A stretch of 64,000 bases of DNA from an uncultured virus (IMG/VR IMGVR_UViG_3300025684_000756) (IMGVR_UViG_3300025684_000756), one strand, 5' to 3'; positions 9,476-19,519 are shown, numbered from the stretch's first letter. Made by a program: numbers and translations. Notes: generated by a model not told the origin, from the sequence alone.

Positions 9476-10516
9476 ATGATAGTGATTTCACATCCTCGTA
9501 GCGGTAGTAGTGCATTTTGCAGGATGCTACATTATGCACTTAACCCAACGTACAAAGGTGGAGTTGGAACAAGGCTGTCAGAGTTTTTAAACTTTGGCTC
9601 TAATGGAGATGGCAACAATAATGGCTGGCACTTTAATACGTTTCCTATAATACAACATTTTATAATTGGCAAAAACAAAGAACCGTTTCTGTGGAATCTA
9701 AATGTACTAGACCAAGGAGTATATGATATTCCAGTAGACGAAAACTGGCAGGATGGAATAAATGAATATTTGGCAGGCCGCTGGAAGTCACCAATGGTTA
9801 AGAAAGAAATATTGTTTACCAAAGACAACTGGCGTGGCATAATTTCAGATCAGATTAGAGCAAGAGTACGGTATATTGATCATTTACAAAACAATCAAAT
9901 ACCTTTTACATGTAAACATTTCCTGCTTAACGGGACCAGCCATTTTATAGACAAAGGAAGCAAGTACTATGAGATAGGACTCACTGAGCCCGATCGTCAA
10001 ACCGGGATCAAGAAGTATCCGCCTCTGTTGGATCATTGTTTTGACTTTAGGAAATACGATCATATTTTTCTACTAGCAACTAACCCTGCTCGTAGTGTAA
10101 TGAGTGGAGCATTGCTAAACAACTACAAACTAAAAGCAAAAGCACACAATTACGAAGCGGCTGAATACGAGCCGCTAGTACCAGAGATCAATCCTCCAGA
10201 GATACGTCCTGTACAACTGCAAAACAGACTAGGAGCAATACTAGCTCTATATCATGAACTGAGACACGGTTGTAAAGATTCAACTGTGATCACAAACACA
10301 CAGCTATTCAAAGACAATGCAGTTTCACACAAAGGCAAAACAATATCCTTTGATGAGTATGCAGAGAAAGACTCTTATAAAGAAATTCCTATACCTTATG
10401 CAAACCCAATAGAAGACTACCACAGCAACTCTGCAGAAATAGTTAAACAAGTTAAGAACATTGTAACCAGTCGGTATCCAGATATAGTAGACAAGTATGG
10501 GATAACATTCGAATGA
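9476..10516 (+). CDS. Sulfotransferase-like protein, paralog 1
   Basis: SHPRSGSS...SEFLN; NPARSVMS. Confidence 0.6.
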   Translation: MIVISHPRSGSSAFCRMLHYALNPTYKGGVGTRLSEFLNFGSNGDGNNNGWHFNTFPIIQHFIIGKNKEPFLWNLNVLDQGVYDIPVDENWQDGINEYLAGRWKSPMVKKEILFTKDNWRGIISDQIRARVRYIDHLQNNQIPFTCKHFLLNGTSHFIDKGSKYYEIGLTEPDRQTGIKKYPPLLDHCFDFRKYDHIFLLATNPARSVMSGALLNNYKLKAKAHNYEAAEYEPLVPEINPPEIRPVQLQNRLGAILALYHELRHGCKDSTVITNTQLFKDNAVSHKGKTISFDEYAEKDSYKEIPIPYANPIEDYHSNSAEIVKQVKNIVTSRYPDIVDKYGITFE

Positions 10517-11550
10517 TAATATATTCCCATCCACGAAGTGGTAGCACAGCACTACTTAAAATATACAAGTGGATAAACCGCACAGTCTACGGAGTAAAAA
10601 CACTAGACTTGGGAGAATGGTTAAACATTGGAGCCTTGCATGATGCTAGAGGACCTCATGCAAGAGTGGTTAGAGACTCACATCACAATTGGCGACCTTT
10701 TTATCAGCCACTGATACAGCATTTCATACACAACGGAGAAACCACTCCATTGGAACACACCTATTGCGAAATAGACACAAGAGTATTTGACTTGGATATT
10801 GGTTCAAAAGATTTTGTTAAACGTGCTGAGGAACAGTGGCCCTCAAAAGGCAATATTGCACACGGAGATCCTGTTGGGCATCCTCTAAAAGAAACCACTA
10901 AACGCTTTACCAAAGATCAAGTATTCCCACATATGGTGGAGCAACAACGTCTACGATTAAAGTATGTGAGAGAACTACAAAAGCACAACAAGCCTTTTGT
11001 TGTTAAAATCTTTCCTGGATATAAAAAATTCTTTGAGGACAGGGCTAAACCTCATTATCCACACATAGATTTTGAAGGCGTGTTTGGCATTCCTCAAGTT
11101 TACTCCAACGACTGTATTATAATTTCAAACAATCCAGGACGTAGTATGCTATCACAAGGCATACTGCTAAAGTACAAGTACGAATGGCATCACAACTATA
11201 TGAACAAAGTGCCTCCTGTAGAAGTTGAACCAGGATTAGAGATAAACTACGACTTTATAGAATCTAGTTATAAGATATTCGCAAACTTGTATGACGTTAT
11301 TCGAAGTGGTACCACTGATAATATAATAACCAAAGACACACTATTTAAAACACAAACCATTAGACTCAACAACAAAGAGTACAACCTAAAAGAATACTTT
11401 AACAAATTAGATAGGTCATATGCAATGCCCTACACTAGAGATCTAGAGGACTACTTTGTCAATGGTAAACAAGCAGTACAACAACTAAACACTCTTATAC
11501 TAAAACACTATCCAGATATAGTAGAAAAATATGGAATAAAAATCGAATGA
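10513..11550 (+). CDS. Sulfotransferase-like protein, paralog 2
   Basis: SHPRSGST...LGEWLN; NPGRSMLS. Confidence 0.6.
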   Translation: MIIYSHPRSGSTALLKIYKWINRTVYGVKTLDLGEWLNIGALHDARGPHARVVRDSHHNWRPFYQPLIQHFIHNGETTPLEHTYCEIDTRVFDLDIGSKDFVKRAEEQWPSKGNIAHGDPVGHPLKETTKRFTKDQVFPHMVEQQRLRLKYVRELQKHNKPFVVKIFPGYKKFFEDRAKPHYPHIDFEGVFGIPQVYSNDCIIISNNPGRSMLSQGILLKYKYEWHHNYMNKVPPVEVEPGLEINYDFIESSYKIFANLYDVIRSGTTDNIITKDTLFKTQTIRLNNKEYNLKEYFNKLDRSYAMPYTRDLEDYFVNGKQAVQQLNTLILKHYPDIVEKYGIKIE

Positions 11551-12578
11551 TAATATTTGCACACGCACGATCCGGTAGTACAGCATTACTTAAAATATTT
11601 AAATGGATTAACAAAACACACTATCATAAGAAAACTCTCGACTTAGGAGAGTTCCTAAACATTGGTAATAGAGGCGGAGACTCTGCACATATGTGGCGTC
11701 CTTTTTATCAGCCATTGATACAGCATTTTATACACGAAAAGAGAATAGAACCCAAAGAGCATTGCTATTGCGAAATAGATACTAGTGTATTTGATATGGA
11801 CTTTAGTAGCCCTGACTTTATTAACCGTAGTAATGAGATATGGCCTAGTAAAGGTATCGGATTTGCACACGCAGACCCTATTGGGCATCCTCTAAAAGAA
11901 GTCACTAAAACATTTACTAAAGAGGATGTATTCCCGCATATGATATTACAGCAAAAGTTACGATTAAAGTATATAAGAACATTACAACAACATAACGTAT
12001 CCTTTGTAGCAAAAGTTTTTCCAGGGTATAAAGAGTTCTTTGAAGGATTTGCTAAACCACATTATTCAGATATAGAGGATTTAAGGTACCTTGATACTCC
12101 AAAAGTTTACAATAACGATTGTATTATAATATCAGATGACCCTGTTAGGTCAATGCTGTCGCAGGCTATCATCCAAAAATACAAGTACAAAGGAACCGTA
12201 CACAACTATAGGAACGGCATGTCACCAGTAGAAGTAGAACCAGGTATAGTTCTAAACAAAGACTTTGTAGAGGCTCGTTGCAAAGCATTTGGAAACATAT
12301 ACAGCATAGTAAGACACAGGAATTCGAGACCCAGGGGCCGGTCCGGACATAACATAATAACTAAAGACACTTTGTTTAAAACACAAAGTATTAAACTTAA
12401 TAATGAAGTATACGACTTAAAAGAATACTTTAATACTGTAACATCTAGAAGTTACGAAATGCCTTATACTACAGATCTAGTTAACTACTTTACTAATAGC
12501 GAAGAAGCAATACAACAACTTAAGACTTACATACTAGAAAACTATCCAGATGTAGCAGAAGAGTATTTAATACTTTAG
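11547..12578 (+). CDS. Sulfotransferase-like protein, paralog 3
   Basis: AHARSGST...LGEFLN; DPVRSMLS; closely similar to paralog 2. Confidence 0.6.
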   Translation: MIIFAHARSGSTALLKIFKWINKTHYHKKTLDLGEFLNIGNRGGDSAHMWRPFYQPLIQHFIHEKRIEPKEHCYCEIDTSVFDMDFSSPDFINRSNEIWPSKGIGFAHADPIGHPLKEVTKTFTKEDVFPHMILQQKLRLKYIRTLQQHNVSFVAKVFPGYKEFFEGFAKPHYSDIEDLRYLDTPKVYNNDCIIISDDPVRSMLSQAIIQKYKYKGTVHNYRNGMSPVEVEPGIVLNKDFVEARCKAFGNIYSIVRHRNSRPRGRSGHNIITKDTLFKTQSIKLNNEVYDLKEYFNTVTSRSYEMPYTTDLVNYFTNSEEAIQQLKTYILENYPDVAEEYLIL

Positions 12579-12579
12579 A

Positions 12580-12612
12580 CCACTAAACGGATTAACGTCT
12601 TGATTTTAGTGG
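12580..12612 (+). terminator. Stem-loop right after paralog array
   Basis: CCACTAAA...ATTAA-CGTC-TTGAT-TTTAGTGG; no clear U-tract. Confidence 0.4.
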
Positions 12613-12714
12613 ACAGCGAAACCTCGTCGGCAAGAGCTATAGGCATACTCTAAGTATGACATAGCAGTAGAACACACAAAAGACTCGCTCAAACGAAAAA
12701 GACACAGATACAGG

Positions 12715-12743
12715 TTGACAAACACTCCGGATCAGTGTACACT
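12715..12743 (+). promoter_or_regulatory. Possible sigma70-type promoter
   Basis: AGG-TTGACA-17nt-TACACT. Confidence 0.55.
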
Positions 12744-12915
12744 AACTATACTAGTACGGTATAGGGGCCGTGGTTTTAGCAAGTATTAAATAAAAGTGCG
12801 TAGTTAACTAATAAAAAAATTTAAGCTACCGCTTATAAAAATACTGTAAAGCGAGGCGGGCCTCGCTTGACGGGGTTTGGTAAGTACATATGCACCGGCC
12901 AATCAAAGGAATGAA

Positions 12916-13962
12916 ATGCAATATAACGAACAACAATCACAATCTAACAGAAAAGTAATTAAAATTAAAAAAGCCAGCAATGCATTTATTATGTTTTGGC
13001 ATCTAACGGACTTCTGTAACTATAACTGTACTTACTGCCCTCCATGGCTAAAAGCCGGAGATTATCATATGGGCCGTAAACCTGGACATCCTACTAATGA
13101 AGAAATTGATATCTTCTTACATAGATTGCAATATGATATATTAAAAGACAATCGACGATCACATATTATGCTATCTGGAGGAGAACCAACAGTACATAAA
13201 AGGTTTGGAGAAATAGTTCATAGGCTATCAGTTGATATGGGTAGTGATGTATGTATTACTACTAATCTAAGTCGACCATTAAAGTTTTGGGAAGGGCTAG
13301 AAACATTACCTGCTGGAATGAATATATCATTACATCATGAAACAACAAACATGGATCAGATTAATGAAAAAATGGAATTCCTTGTTCCTGCTGGAGTACA
13401 GACTCAATTTAACTTAGTTTGCGATCCAGGTAACTGGGAAAAAGGAACTATGGAAATGTTTAATGGTTTAGATCCTAAGTTTCAGAAGTACATACATGCT
13501 TGGCCTTTACACGATAATAGTCATAAAAGAAATAGACACATCTACGAATATAGTGCAGAGCAGAGTAGATGGATGAAAGAACGTAACATAATTTATAGAG
13601 CAACTCGTAAAAGAGAAAAGTCTAAATTTAAACAAGAAAACTCTTTTGTATATTTTAGTGACGGAAGTACTTCTACTATTAAGCAAGTTAGCGAAACAAC
13701 ATTTAAACAAGGTGGACAAAACTGGTTTAATGGATGGAAGTGCAGAGCTGGGCAACAAGCAATTGATGTTAATTTTAGTGGCGAGGTATGGTCTAGTGTA
13801 TGTAAGTTTGTCAAGCTCGGTCGTATAGATGATTTTAAGTTATTAGAAGATGCAGTAGTATGTAATAGAGACATTTGTATTCATCCTATGGATTTAGGAT
13901 TAGATAAAATTGCACCAGGGGAAGCGGAGTTTGATACCTGGGGAAAGTTGCCAGTAGGTTAA
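12916..13962 (+). CDS. Radical SAM protein with C-terminal SPASM/twitch domain
   Basis: CNYNCTYC, SGGEPT, TTN, C-terminal CRAG...C...C...C. Confidence 0.88.
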   Translation: MQYNEQQSQSNRKVIKIKKASNAFIMFWHLTDFCNYNCTYCPPWLKAGDYHMGRKPGHPTNEEIDIFLHRLQYDILKDNRRSHIMLSGGEPTVHKRFGEIVHRLSVDMGSDVCITTNLSRPLKFWEGLETLPAGMNISLHHETTNMDQINEKMEFLVPAGVQTQFNLVCDPGNWEKGTMEMFNGLDPKFQKYIHAWPLHDNSHKRNRHIYEYSAEQSRWMKERNIIYRATRKREKSKFKQENSFVYFSDGSTSTIKQVSETTFKQGGQNWFNGWKCRAGQQAIDVNFSGEVWSSVCKFVKLGRIDDFKLLEDAVVCNRDICIHPMDLGLDKIAPGEAEFDTWGKLPVG

Positions 13963-13969
13963 ATACAGT

Positions 13970-15508
13970 ATGATCAATAATAACACTAAAATTTATCTAG
14001 ACATGGATGGCGTACTTGCAGACTTCTTTGGAGCATGGTCTGAAAAGGCAGGCGTTAAAAATTGGAAAGATATTCCGCCTGATCAAGTTAATACTACATT
14101 AGATGACATGATAGGAACTGATTTCTTTAACACACTTCCTAAGTTTCCTACTGCTAATACACTAGTTGATTTAGCAAAATCATATACCGGAGAGTATCAT
14201 ATTAATAGCTCACCATTGCGTAACGATCATGAGAATAGCGGACAATGGAAGAAAGTTTGGATTAAAAGAGAATTAAGCACACAACCTAAAACCATTATAC
14301 TTACAAATACAAAAGAGAAGTATGCAGTAAATCCAGATGGTAGTGCTAATATATTAATTGACGATAGAGGTGCTAACATACAAGCATGGGCTCACGCAGG
14401 CGGCATTGGCCTCAAGTATCAAGCAGATGAAAATACCATTGCTGAACTTAGAGCAAAATTAGATAAAGTTTTTAATATTACTCCAGGGCAAGATCCTAAA
14501 CTAACAGAAGGCAAAATTAAAAAGCATCCTGAAGAAGATGGTGCATACTTACTAGACTACAATGGTAAGGAATACAAAGTTTCAAAATTTCTCAATAATA
14601 ATTTAAGACATGCCGGCGAGTGGAGTATTTTTCAATTAGACAATAACGAATGGGAATGGGTAGATACTGTAACCGGTAGAAACTATGCTATTGAAAGAAT
14701 ACGACAGATAAATGAAGATGCAGTAGCATTAAGAGTTATAGATCCAAAACTACCTAACTGGAAAGAACCAAAAAAGCCTACCAAGCATCAAAGACGCAAA
14801 GCATTAACAAAGCAATACAATAAAACTGTAAAAGAGGACCCAGAGCTTAATGACGTTGAAGTCAGCTTACACGGAGATGCTAAAAAAGGTTATGTATTAA
14901 GTAAAATTGCTGTACCAAAAGAATTGCGTAATACAGGTATTGGCTCTAAGGTAATGAACGACTTAACAGACAAAGCAGATGCAGAAGGTGCTATTATCGC
15001 ACTAACACCAGATAACACTTACGGTGGATCTAAAACAAGACTTACACAATTTTATAAACGTTTTGGGTTTGTTCCTAACAAAGGAAGAAATAAAGACTTT
15101 CGTTATAGAGAAACTATGATACGTTATCCTGTTACAGAAGATATAGATTACACTCGACCAGATTTTGATAGCGAATGGGAAGAAGCTATGCGTTATCCTC
15201 AATTTGAAAAAATGGGTAAAGAGGCATGGATTGATCTTGCTAGTAGCGGAAGAATAATTAATATTAATGATGCATTATCTAATTTAATGTACAATACAGA
15301 TGCAGGCGAAAAGTTTAGAAATACATGGCACGAATTAGATGCAGACAAGAAGAAAAGATTTGTACAAGCTCTAGATAAAGAAAGAGTTGAATTACCTATT
15401 ATTGCCCGTTGGCCAGATGGTGGTTTAGAATTAATAGGTGGTAATACTCGTTTAACAGGATTAATGTTAAACAAAGGCGAAGCAAAGGCTTGGATATTTA
15501 ACGCATAA
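13970..15508 (+). CDS. Multidomain protein: HAD 5'(3')-deoxyribonucleotidase-like + unknown + GNAT + ParB/Srx-like
   Basis: YLDMDGVLADF/ILIDD; VPKELRNTGIG...FYKRFGF; PII...LIGGNTRL. Confidence 0.8.
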   Translation: MINNNTKIYLDMDGVLADFFGAWSEKAGVKNWKDIPPDQVNTTLDDMIGTDFFNTLPKFPTANTLVDLAKSYTGEYHINSSPLRNDHENSGQWKKVWIKRELSTQPKTIILTNTKEKYAVNPDGSANILIDDRGANIQAWAHAGGIGLKYQADENTIAELRAKLDKVFNITPGQDPKLTEGKIKKHPEEDGAYLLDYNGKEYKVSKFLNNNLRHAGEWSIFQLDNNEWEWVDTVTGRNYAIERIRQINEDAVALRVIDPKLPNWKEPKKPTKHQRRKALTKQYNKTVKEDPELNDVEVSLHGDAKKGYVLSKIAVPKELRNTGIGSKVMNDLTDKADAEGAIIALTPDNTYGGSKTRLTQFYKRFGFVPNKGRNKDFRYRETMIRYPVTEDIDYTRPDFDSEWEEAMRYPQFEKMGKEAWIDLASSGRIININDALSNLMYNTDAGEKFRNTWHELDADKKKRFVQALDKERVELPIIARWPDGGLELIGGNTRLTGLMLNKGEAKAWIFNA

Positions 15509-15536
15509 ATAAACTTAGCAGTTAAAGGAGTTGTCA

Positions 15537-16496
15537 ATGGGTATACCTAAAATTGAGTCTTATCAGATTCAAGATCTATCACTATTAGACGAAATAAATG
15601 AATATGTAGATAACACAGATTGGTATGCAATGACAGAACGGAATGATGCATATGAACAAGCATTAGCCGAAGGAATACTAACTGAAACAAAACATGGCCA
15701 ATTAAAAAAAATATATAGTCCCAACATAAACAAACAACTAGTTATAAAAGCAAGAATTGATGAGCAAGGTTTGTGGCCACACCACCATCTCCTGCCTGAA
15801 GAAGACAACGGTGTTCTTGTATTGCGTAGTATTGTTAGACAAGCATACGGCTGGGACGAAACTAGTGTTAAAAGAAGAGCACTTCCAGTCTGGAATCTAT
15901 TTGACTATATGAATAAAACATTCTTTAACAATGAACTTACATTAGATGGGCATGCCGAAGAAGTATCCGGTGCTAGGCACATATGGTATGATCAAAGTGA
16001 AAAAGATATTCCTGGTTGGGGAGAAGATGTTGGGCCAAATGGAAAATTTGATGAACGAGATCCAACTCCTGTTTTTGTAGCATATGCTAATGGCAAGTCT
16101 AGTTCAACTAGACGTATCGCTGGTGCCAATGCTAGAGGTCTAAGTAATGGTGTACATAGAGATTGGGATCAAAATTGGAGTGAAGATGAAATTGAGGATA
16201 ATGGATATTATTCTTTGTTAGTTCATATTAATAAAGAATGGGCATACTCTGAAGCAGGCGAGCTACTATTTTACGAAACTGTAAGCCCTGATAATGCTTT
16301 ATCTGTACATGAGAGAAGAGGATACGGAGTTGGCAGACCGACTCATATGTTTGGGCATGTTCCTGGATCTGTAATTTTATACCCTGCAACAGCATTACAT
16401 GCTACACATGGCATTCAAGCTAAAGCCGCAACATCCAAGTCGTTTTCTAAAAAGATAGTTTATAGGGTTCAACGCAGGTCTACACTTGCTAAATAA
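15537..16496 (+). CDS. 2OG-Fe(II) oxygenase-like protein
   Basis: HRD...W...GELLF...LHATH; late promoter TAAATA 15506-15511. Confidence 0.65.
   Translation: MGIPKIESYQIQDLSLLDEINEYVDNTDWYAMTERNDAYEQALAEGILTETKHGQLKKIYSPNINKQLVIKARIDEQGLWPHHHLLPEEDNGVLVLRSIVRQAYGWDETSVKRRALPVWNLFDYMNKTFFNNELTLDGHAEEVSGARHIWYDQSEKDIPGWGEDVGPNGKFDERDPTPVFVAYANGKSSSTRRIAGANARGLSNGVHRDWDQNWSEDEIEDNGYYSLLVHINKEWAYSEAGELLFYETVSPDNALSVHERRGYGVGRPTHMFGHVPGSVILYPATALHATHGIQAKAATSKSFSKKIVYRVQRRSTLAK
16490..16495 (+). promoter_or_regulatory. T4-type late promoter
   Basis: TAAATA upstream of 16526-18995 operon. Confidence 0.55.
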
Positions 16497-16525
16497 GTAT
16501 AGAATTAAGATAGGAGAATAATTCA

Positions 16526-16831
16526 ATGGGATTTTTTAAAGCAATTAAGTCTTTTTTCAGTGGACCAGAAGAAACCAAAGAAGATAAGAAACTTGCTAAG
16601 GCTTATAGAAAAGTAGTAGAGGTAAAACCATCTGCTATTACTGAGCCAATTGTTTTGGTTACTAATGAACTAGTAAAAGCCAAGACTTCAACTGAACTAA
16701 AAAAGATGACAAAGAAAGCACTTGACACATATGCCAGAGAAGAGCATAATATTGAACTTGACGGTCGTTTGACTAAAGATAAGATGATTGTTTCTTTTAA
16801 TAAAGAAATTAAAAAGAAAAAGAAGAAATAG
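16526..16831 (+). CDS. Small basic protein with Rho-N/HeH-like C-terminal motif
   Basis: LKKMTKKALDTYARE...LTKDKMI. Confidence 0.45.
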   Translation: MGFFKAIKSFFSGPEETKEDKKLAKAYRKVVEVKPSAITEPIVLVTNELVKAKTSTELKKMTKKALDTYAREEHNIELDGRLTKDKMIVSFNKEIKKKKKK

Positions 16832-16834
16832 ACT

Positions 16835-17647
16835 ATGTTACTCAGGGATCTATTAGTACCAACAGCAGATGTTGAAACTATTTTAATAAGACGTATACCT
16901 ATCAACGAAGGTGGACATGCGTTCAAGGACCCTACAACTAAAGAACTTCTTACTAAACAGAATGCTACGACAGCAGAAGTAGATGCCACCCTAAAAGCAT
17001 TAGGTTCACGTCTAGGCATAGACTTAATTAAAAATAAAACAGGGAGTACAATCTATCCAAACAAAATTACAGGCGATGGTGACACTAACTTAGATCCAAC
17101 TGACTTTATGAAAGTTGATCCTAGTGAAGATGCTAAAGTTAGTATGAACAAGTTCAGGGAATGGTTGACTAGCAAACTACTTGGAGCAGGCATCCAAGAT
17201 ACACATATTAAAAAGGGAGGTGACGGTCTTGCAGTTATGTCACCCATTCCCGGAACTGACGAATACTTACAAGTAGACTTAGACATTAGCACACCAGGAG
17301 ATGGACAATTTGCTAGGTGGTCTAGAAGAGGAGAGCCAGGATCAGCAAAAGGTGTTTTTAGGCATATACTTAAAAGTGCTATTGCAAGAGGTATTAATCC
17401 AAACTTAAAATGGTCTTTTAAGAATGGTTTAGTAGATGAGGTTACTGGAGAAGCTACAAAAGATCCAGAAACTATTGCCAAGAGATTATTTGGCGATAAA
17501 GGAAAAGCAACAGACCTAGATAATATAGGTGCAATCTTAAATGCACTAAAGAGTTACAGACCTGATATTGCCGATGATGTAATTGAAAAGGCACAACAAG
17601 GTGTTGCTAACATGAAGTTTGATTATAAATACGGAGAAGAAAAGTAA
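16835..17647 (+). CDS. Nucleotidyltransferase-fold-like protein, probable virion cargo
   Basis: MLLRDLL...INE-GG; GS...GDGD...QVDL acidic triad pattern. Confidence 0.55.
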   Translation: MLLRDLLVPTADVETILIRRIPINEGGHAFKDPTTKELLTKQNATTAEVDATLKALGSRLGIDLIKNKTGSTIYPNKITGDGDTNLDPTDFMKVDPSEDAKVSMNKFREWLTSKLLGAGIQDTHIKKGGDGLAVMSPIPGTDEYLQVDLDISTPGDGQFARWSRRGEPGSAKGVFRHILKSAIARGINPNLKWSFKNGLVDEVTGEATKDPETIAKRLFGDKGKATDLDNIGAILNALKSYRPDIADDVIEKAQQGVANMKFDYKYGEEK

Positions 17648-17952
17648 TGTGGGATATGTTAACACAATTAGCAACTGATAGGCTATGGATATACACAGGT
17701 ATTGCTGGAAGTATTTTTGGAGCCTTGTTTCTATTTTGGGTTAAAGATACATATATTGCATTTTGGGTGTTTACCAAATGGGATAACATATTAAATTTTC
17801 TTGTTGACAGATGGGGTTGGACTTGGTTTAAACACGATCCAGAGGGATGGAAAAAGATAAATCCAAAACTAACAGCTAAGGTTGAAGATTTAGAAAACCG
17901 TATTAGGAAGTTAGAAAAAACAAAAAAGATTATTATTAAGAATAAAGGTTAA
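17647..17952 (+). CDS. Membrane protein with C-terminal coiled coil
   Basis: N-terminal TM helix; KVEDLENRIRKLEK. Confidence 0.55.
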   Translation: MWDMLTQLATDRLWIYTGIAGSIFGALFLFWVKDTYIAFWVFTKWDNILNFLVDRWGWTWFKHDPEGWKKINPKLTAKVEDLENRIRKLEKTKKIIIKNKG

Positions 17953-17957
17953 AGTAT

Positions 17958-18995
17958 ATGTTACTAAGAGAGTTACTTAAAGAAGACGAAGAAACTAAAC
18001 AGGCTATTATTGCAAAGATTTCTGGCCTTCAGGCAGATAACGAACAGGATGCTGAGATACTTGATAGAATTTTTAGAACATTGCATAATGATGATATATC
18101 AGGTAAGATTGCACAAGCATTTGGACCTCCAACAGAAGATGATACTTTCCAACTTGAACCTCTTTTAAAAACACTTACACAAATTATATTCCATGCAGGT
18201 GTTAATTATAAAAGCCTAAGTACATTTCTAAGCAAACTAGAAAAAGGCAATGTTGTTGATGTTGGCAAAATTGTTAATCCGGGTGTAGGAAGTGTTAGAG
18301 ACTTCTTCGGCGGTGACGAAACAGCAACACGAGTATTTCAATCTATGGCAACATTAGGTGCAGGTAAAAAACAAAAAGGCCCTGGTGAATATGCACTTGC
18401 TATGCTATCTAATAAAATCAGATTAAAAAGCGATGGTGGAGATATTGAAGCCGCAGGTAAAGGGATTGAAGTTAAAGCCGAAACATCTACTGGAGGCGGA
18501 CGTCTTGGTGAAGGTGGACCTACTAACATAGTAGCAAAAGAATACTGGAGCCAACTTCCTAGTATAGCCCAACACTTTGAGAACGGTGGTAAAGGACTTG
18601 GACTTAAACGAGCAGTTCCTTACCTTGCATTAGATCTTCCACTTAACGATCCTGAAAAGAAGAAACAAAGACAAGACATACTTACAAAATGGTTTTCACA
18701 AGTCTTTAAAGACCCAGCTCCGTTTGTTGCCGCAATGATGCAAGACGATCCAGTTGTAGCAGAAAGAATGTACGGTAAAGCAAACTATGAGGCTTATAAA
18801 GCAAATTATGGATGGGACGGATTATTAGGCATTAACTTTCCACAATTAAAATATGTGATGGTTAATACAGGTGACGAGTTTGTTAAGATGATAGAAGCAG
18901 GACATTTCTCTAGTCTTAGCATAAGTTTAGTTCCTAGTAGTGCTAGGCCGTCAGAGGTATATGCACAATTAAGTCTTACAAAAGCAAAAGCATAA
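17958..18995 (+). CDS. PD-(D/E)XK nuclease-like protein, probable virion cargo
   Basis: MLLRELLKE-D N-terminus; GPGE...GDI...IEVK. Confidence 0.55.
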   Translation: MLLRELLKEDEETKQAIIAKISGLQADNEQDAEILDRIFRTLHNDDISGKIAQAFGPPTEDDTFQLEPLLKTLTQIIFHAGVNYKSLSTFLSKLEKGNVVDVGKIVNPGVGSVRDFFGGDETATRVFQSMATLGAGKKQKGPGEYALAMLSNKIRLKSDGGDIEAAGKGIEVKAETSTGGGRLGEGGPTNIVAKEYWSQLPSIAQHFENGGKGLGLKRAVPYLALDLPLNDPEKKKQRQDILTKWFSQVFKDPAPFVAAMMQDDPVVAERMYGKANYEAYKANYGWDGLLGINFPQLKYVMVNTGDEFVKMIEAGHFSSLSISLVPSSARPSEVYAQLSLTKAKA

Positions 18996-19077
18996 CTCGT
19001 ATGCTTTAAACACATAAACTTTAAGTTTATATCATCAACATGTTATATAAATAAAGTGTAAGCACAAAGGAGCCGCT

Positions 19078-19494
19078 ATGAATAAATTTAATATTGCGGT
19101 TGCTATGATGATAGGTATATTAATAGCTTTTGCTAGTCAAAGTAGTGCCGCCCCAACTGATAACGAAATTAAACCGGAAGCACCATCACAACCGGTTGTA
19201 CCACAGCCACAACAATCTTTTAAACCAGTGGTTTGCCAAGTCGCGGCAATAGTTGTTGATAATCTCAAAAACAAATATAACGAATTACCAGTATTTGTTG
19301 GAGACGGCCAGGATCAAGCAGGAACTAGTTATGTTGTCTCTCTGAATCAAGACAATGGGGAATTTACTATTGTACAATTTTCAGCAGACAGAGGTACTGC
19401 ATGTATTATTGGTTCTGGTACAGGAGCAAAAGTAATTATGATTCCATCAGAGAAAACGAAAGGTATGCCTGTTATTTTTCCAATAAGTAATTGA
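19078..19494 (+). CDS. Secreted/periplasmic hypothetical protein
   Basis: Signal peptide, two Cys; TATAAATA 19046-19053 upstream. Confidence 0.6.
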   Translation: MNKFNIAVAMMIGILIAFASQSSAAPTDNEIKPEAPSQPVVPQPQQSFKPVVCQVAAIVVDNLKNKYNELPVFVGDGQDQAGTSYVVSLNQDNGEFTIVQFSADRGTACIIGSGTGAKVIMIPSEKTKGMPVIFPISN

Positions 19495-19519
19495 CAATGA
19501 CAGACAAATATACTATAAT
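19491..19519 (+). promoter_or_regulatory. Sigma70-type promoter
   Basis: TTGACA-17nt-TATAAT. Confidence 0.7.

Noticed and set aside
12610..12700. Possible hammerhead or other self-cleaving ribozyme (CGAAAC, multi-stem)
   Set aside because: No CTGANGA core in the proper arrangement on either strand.
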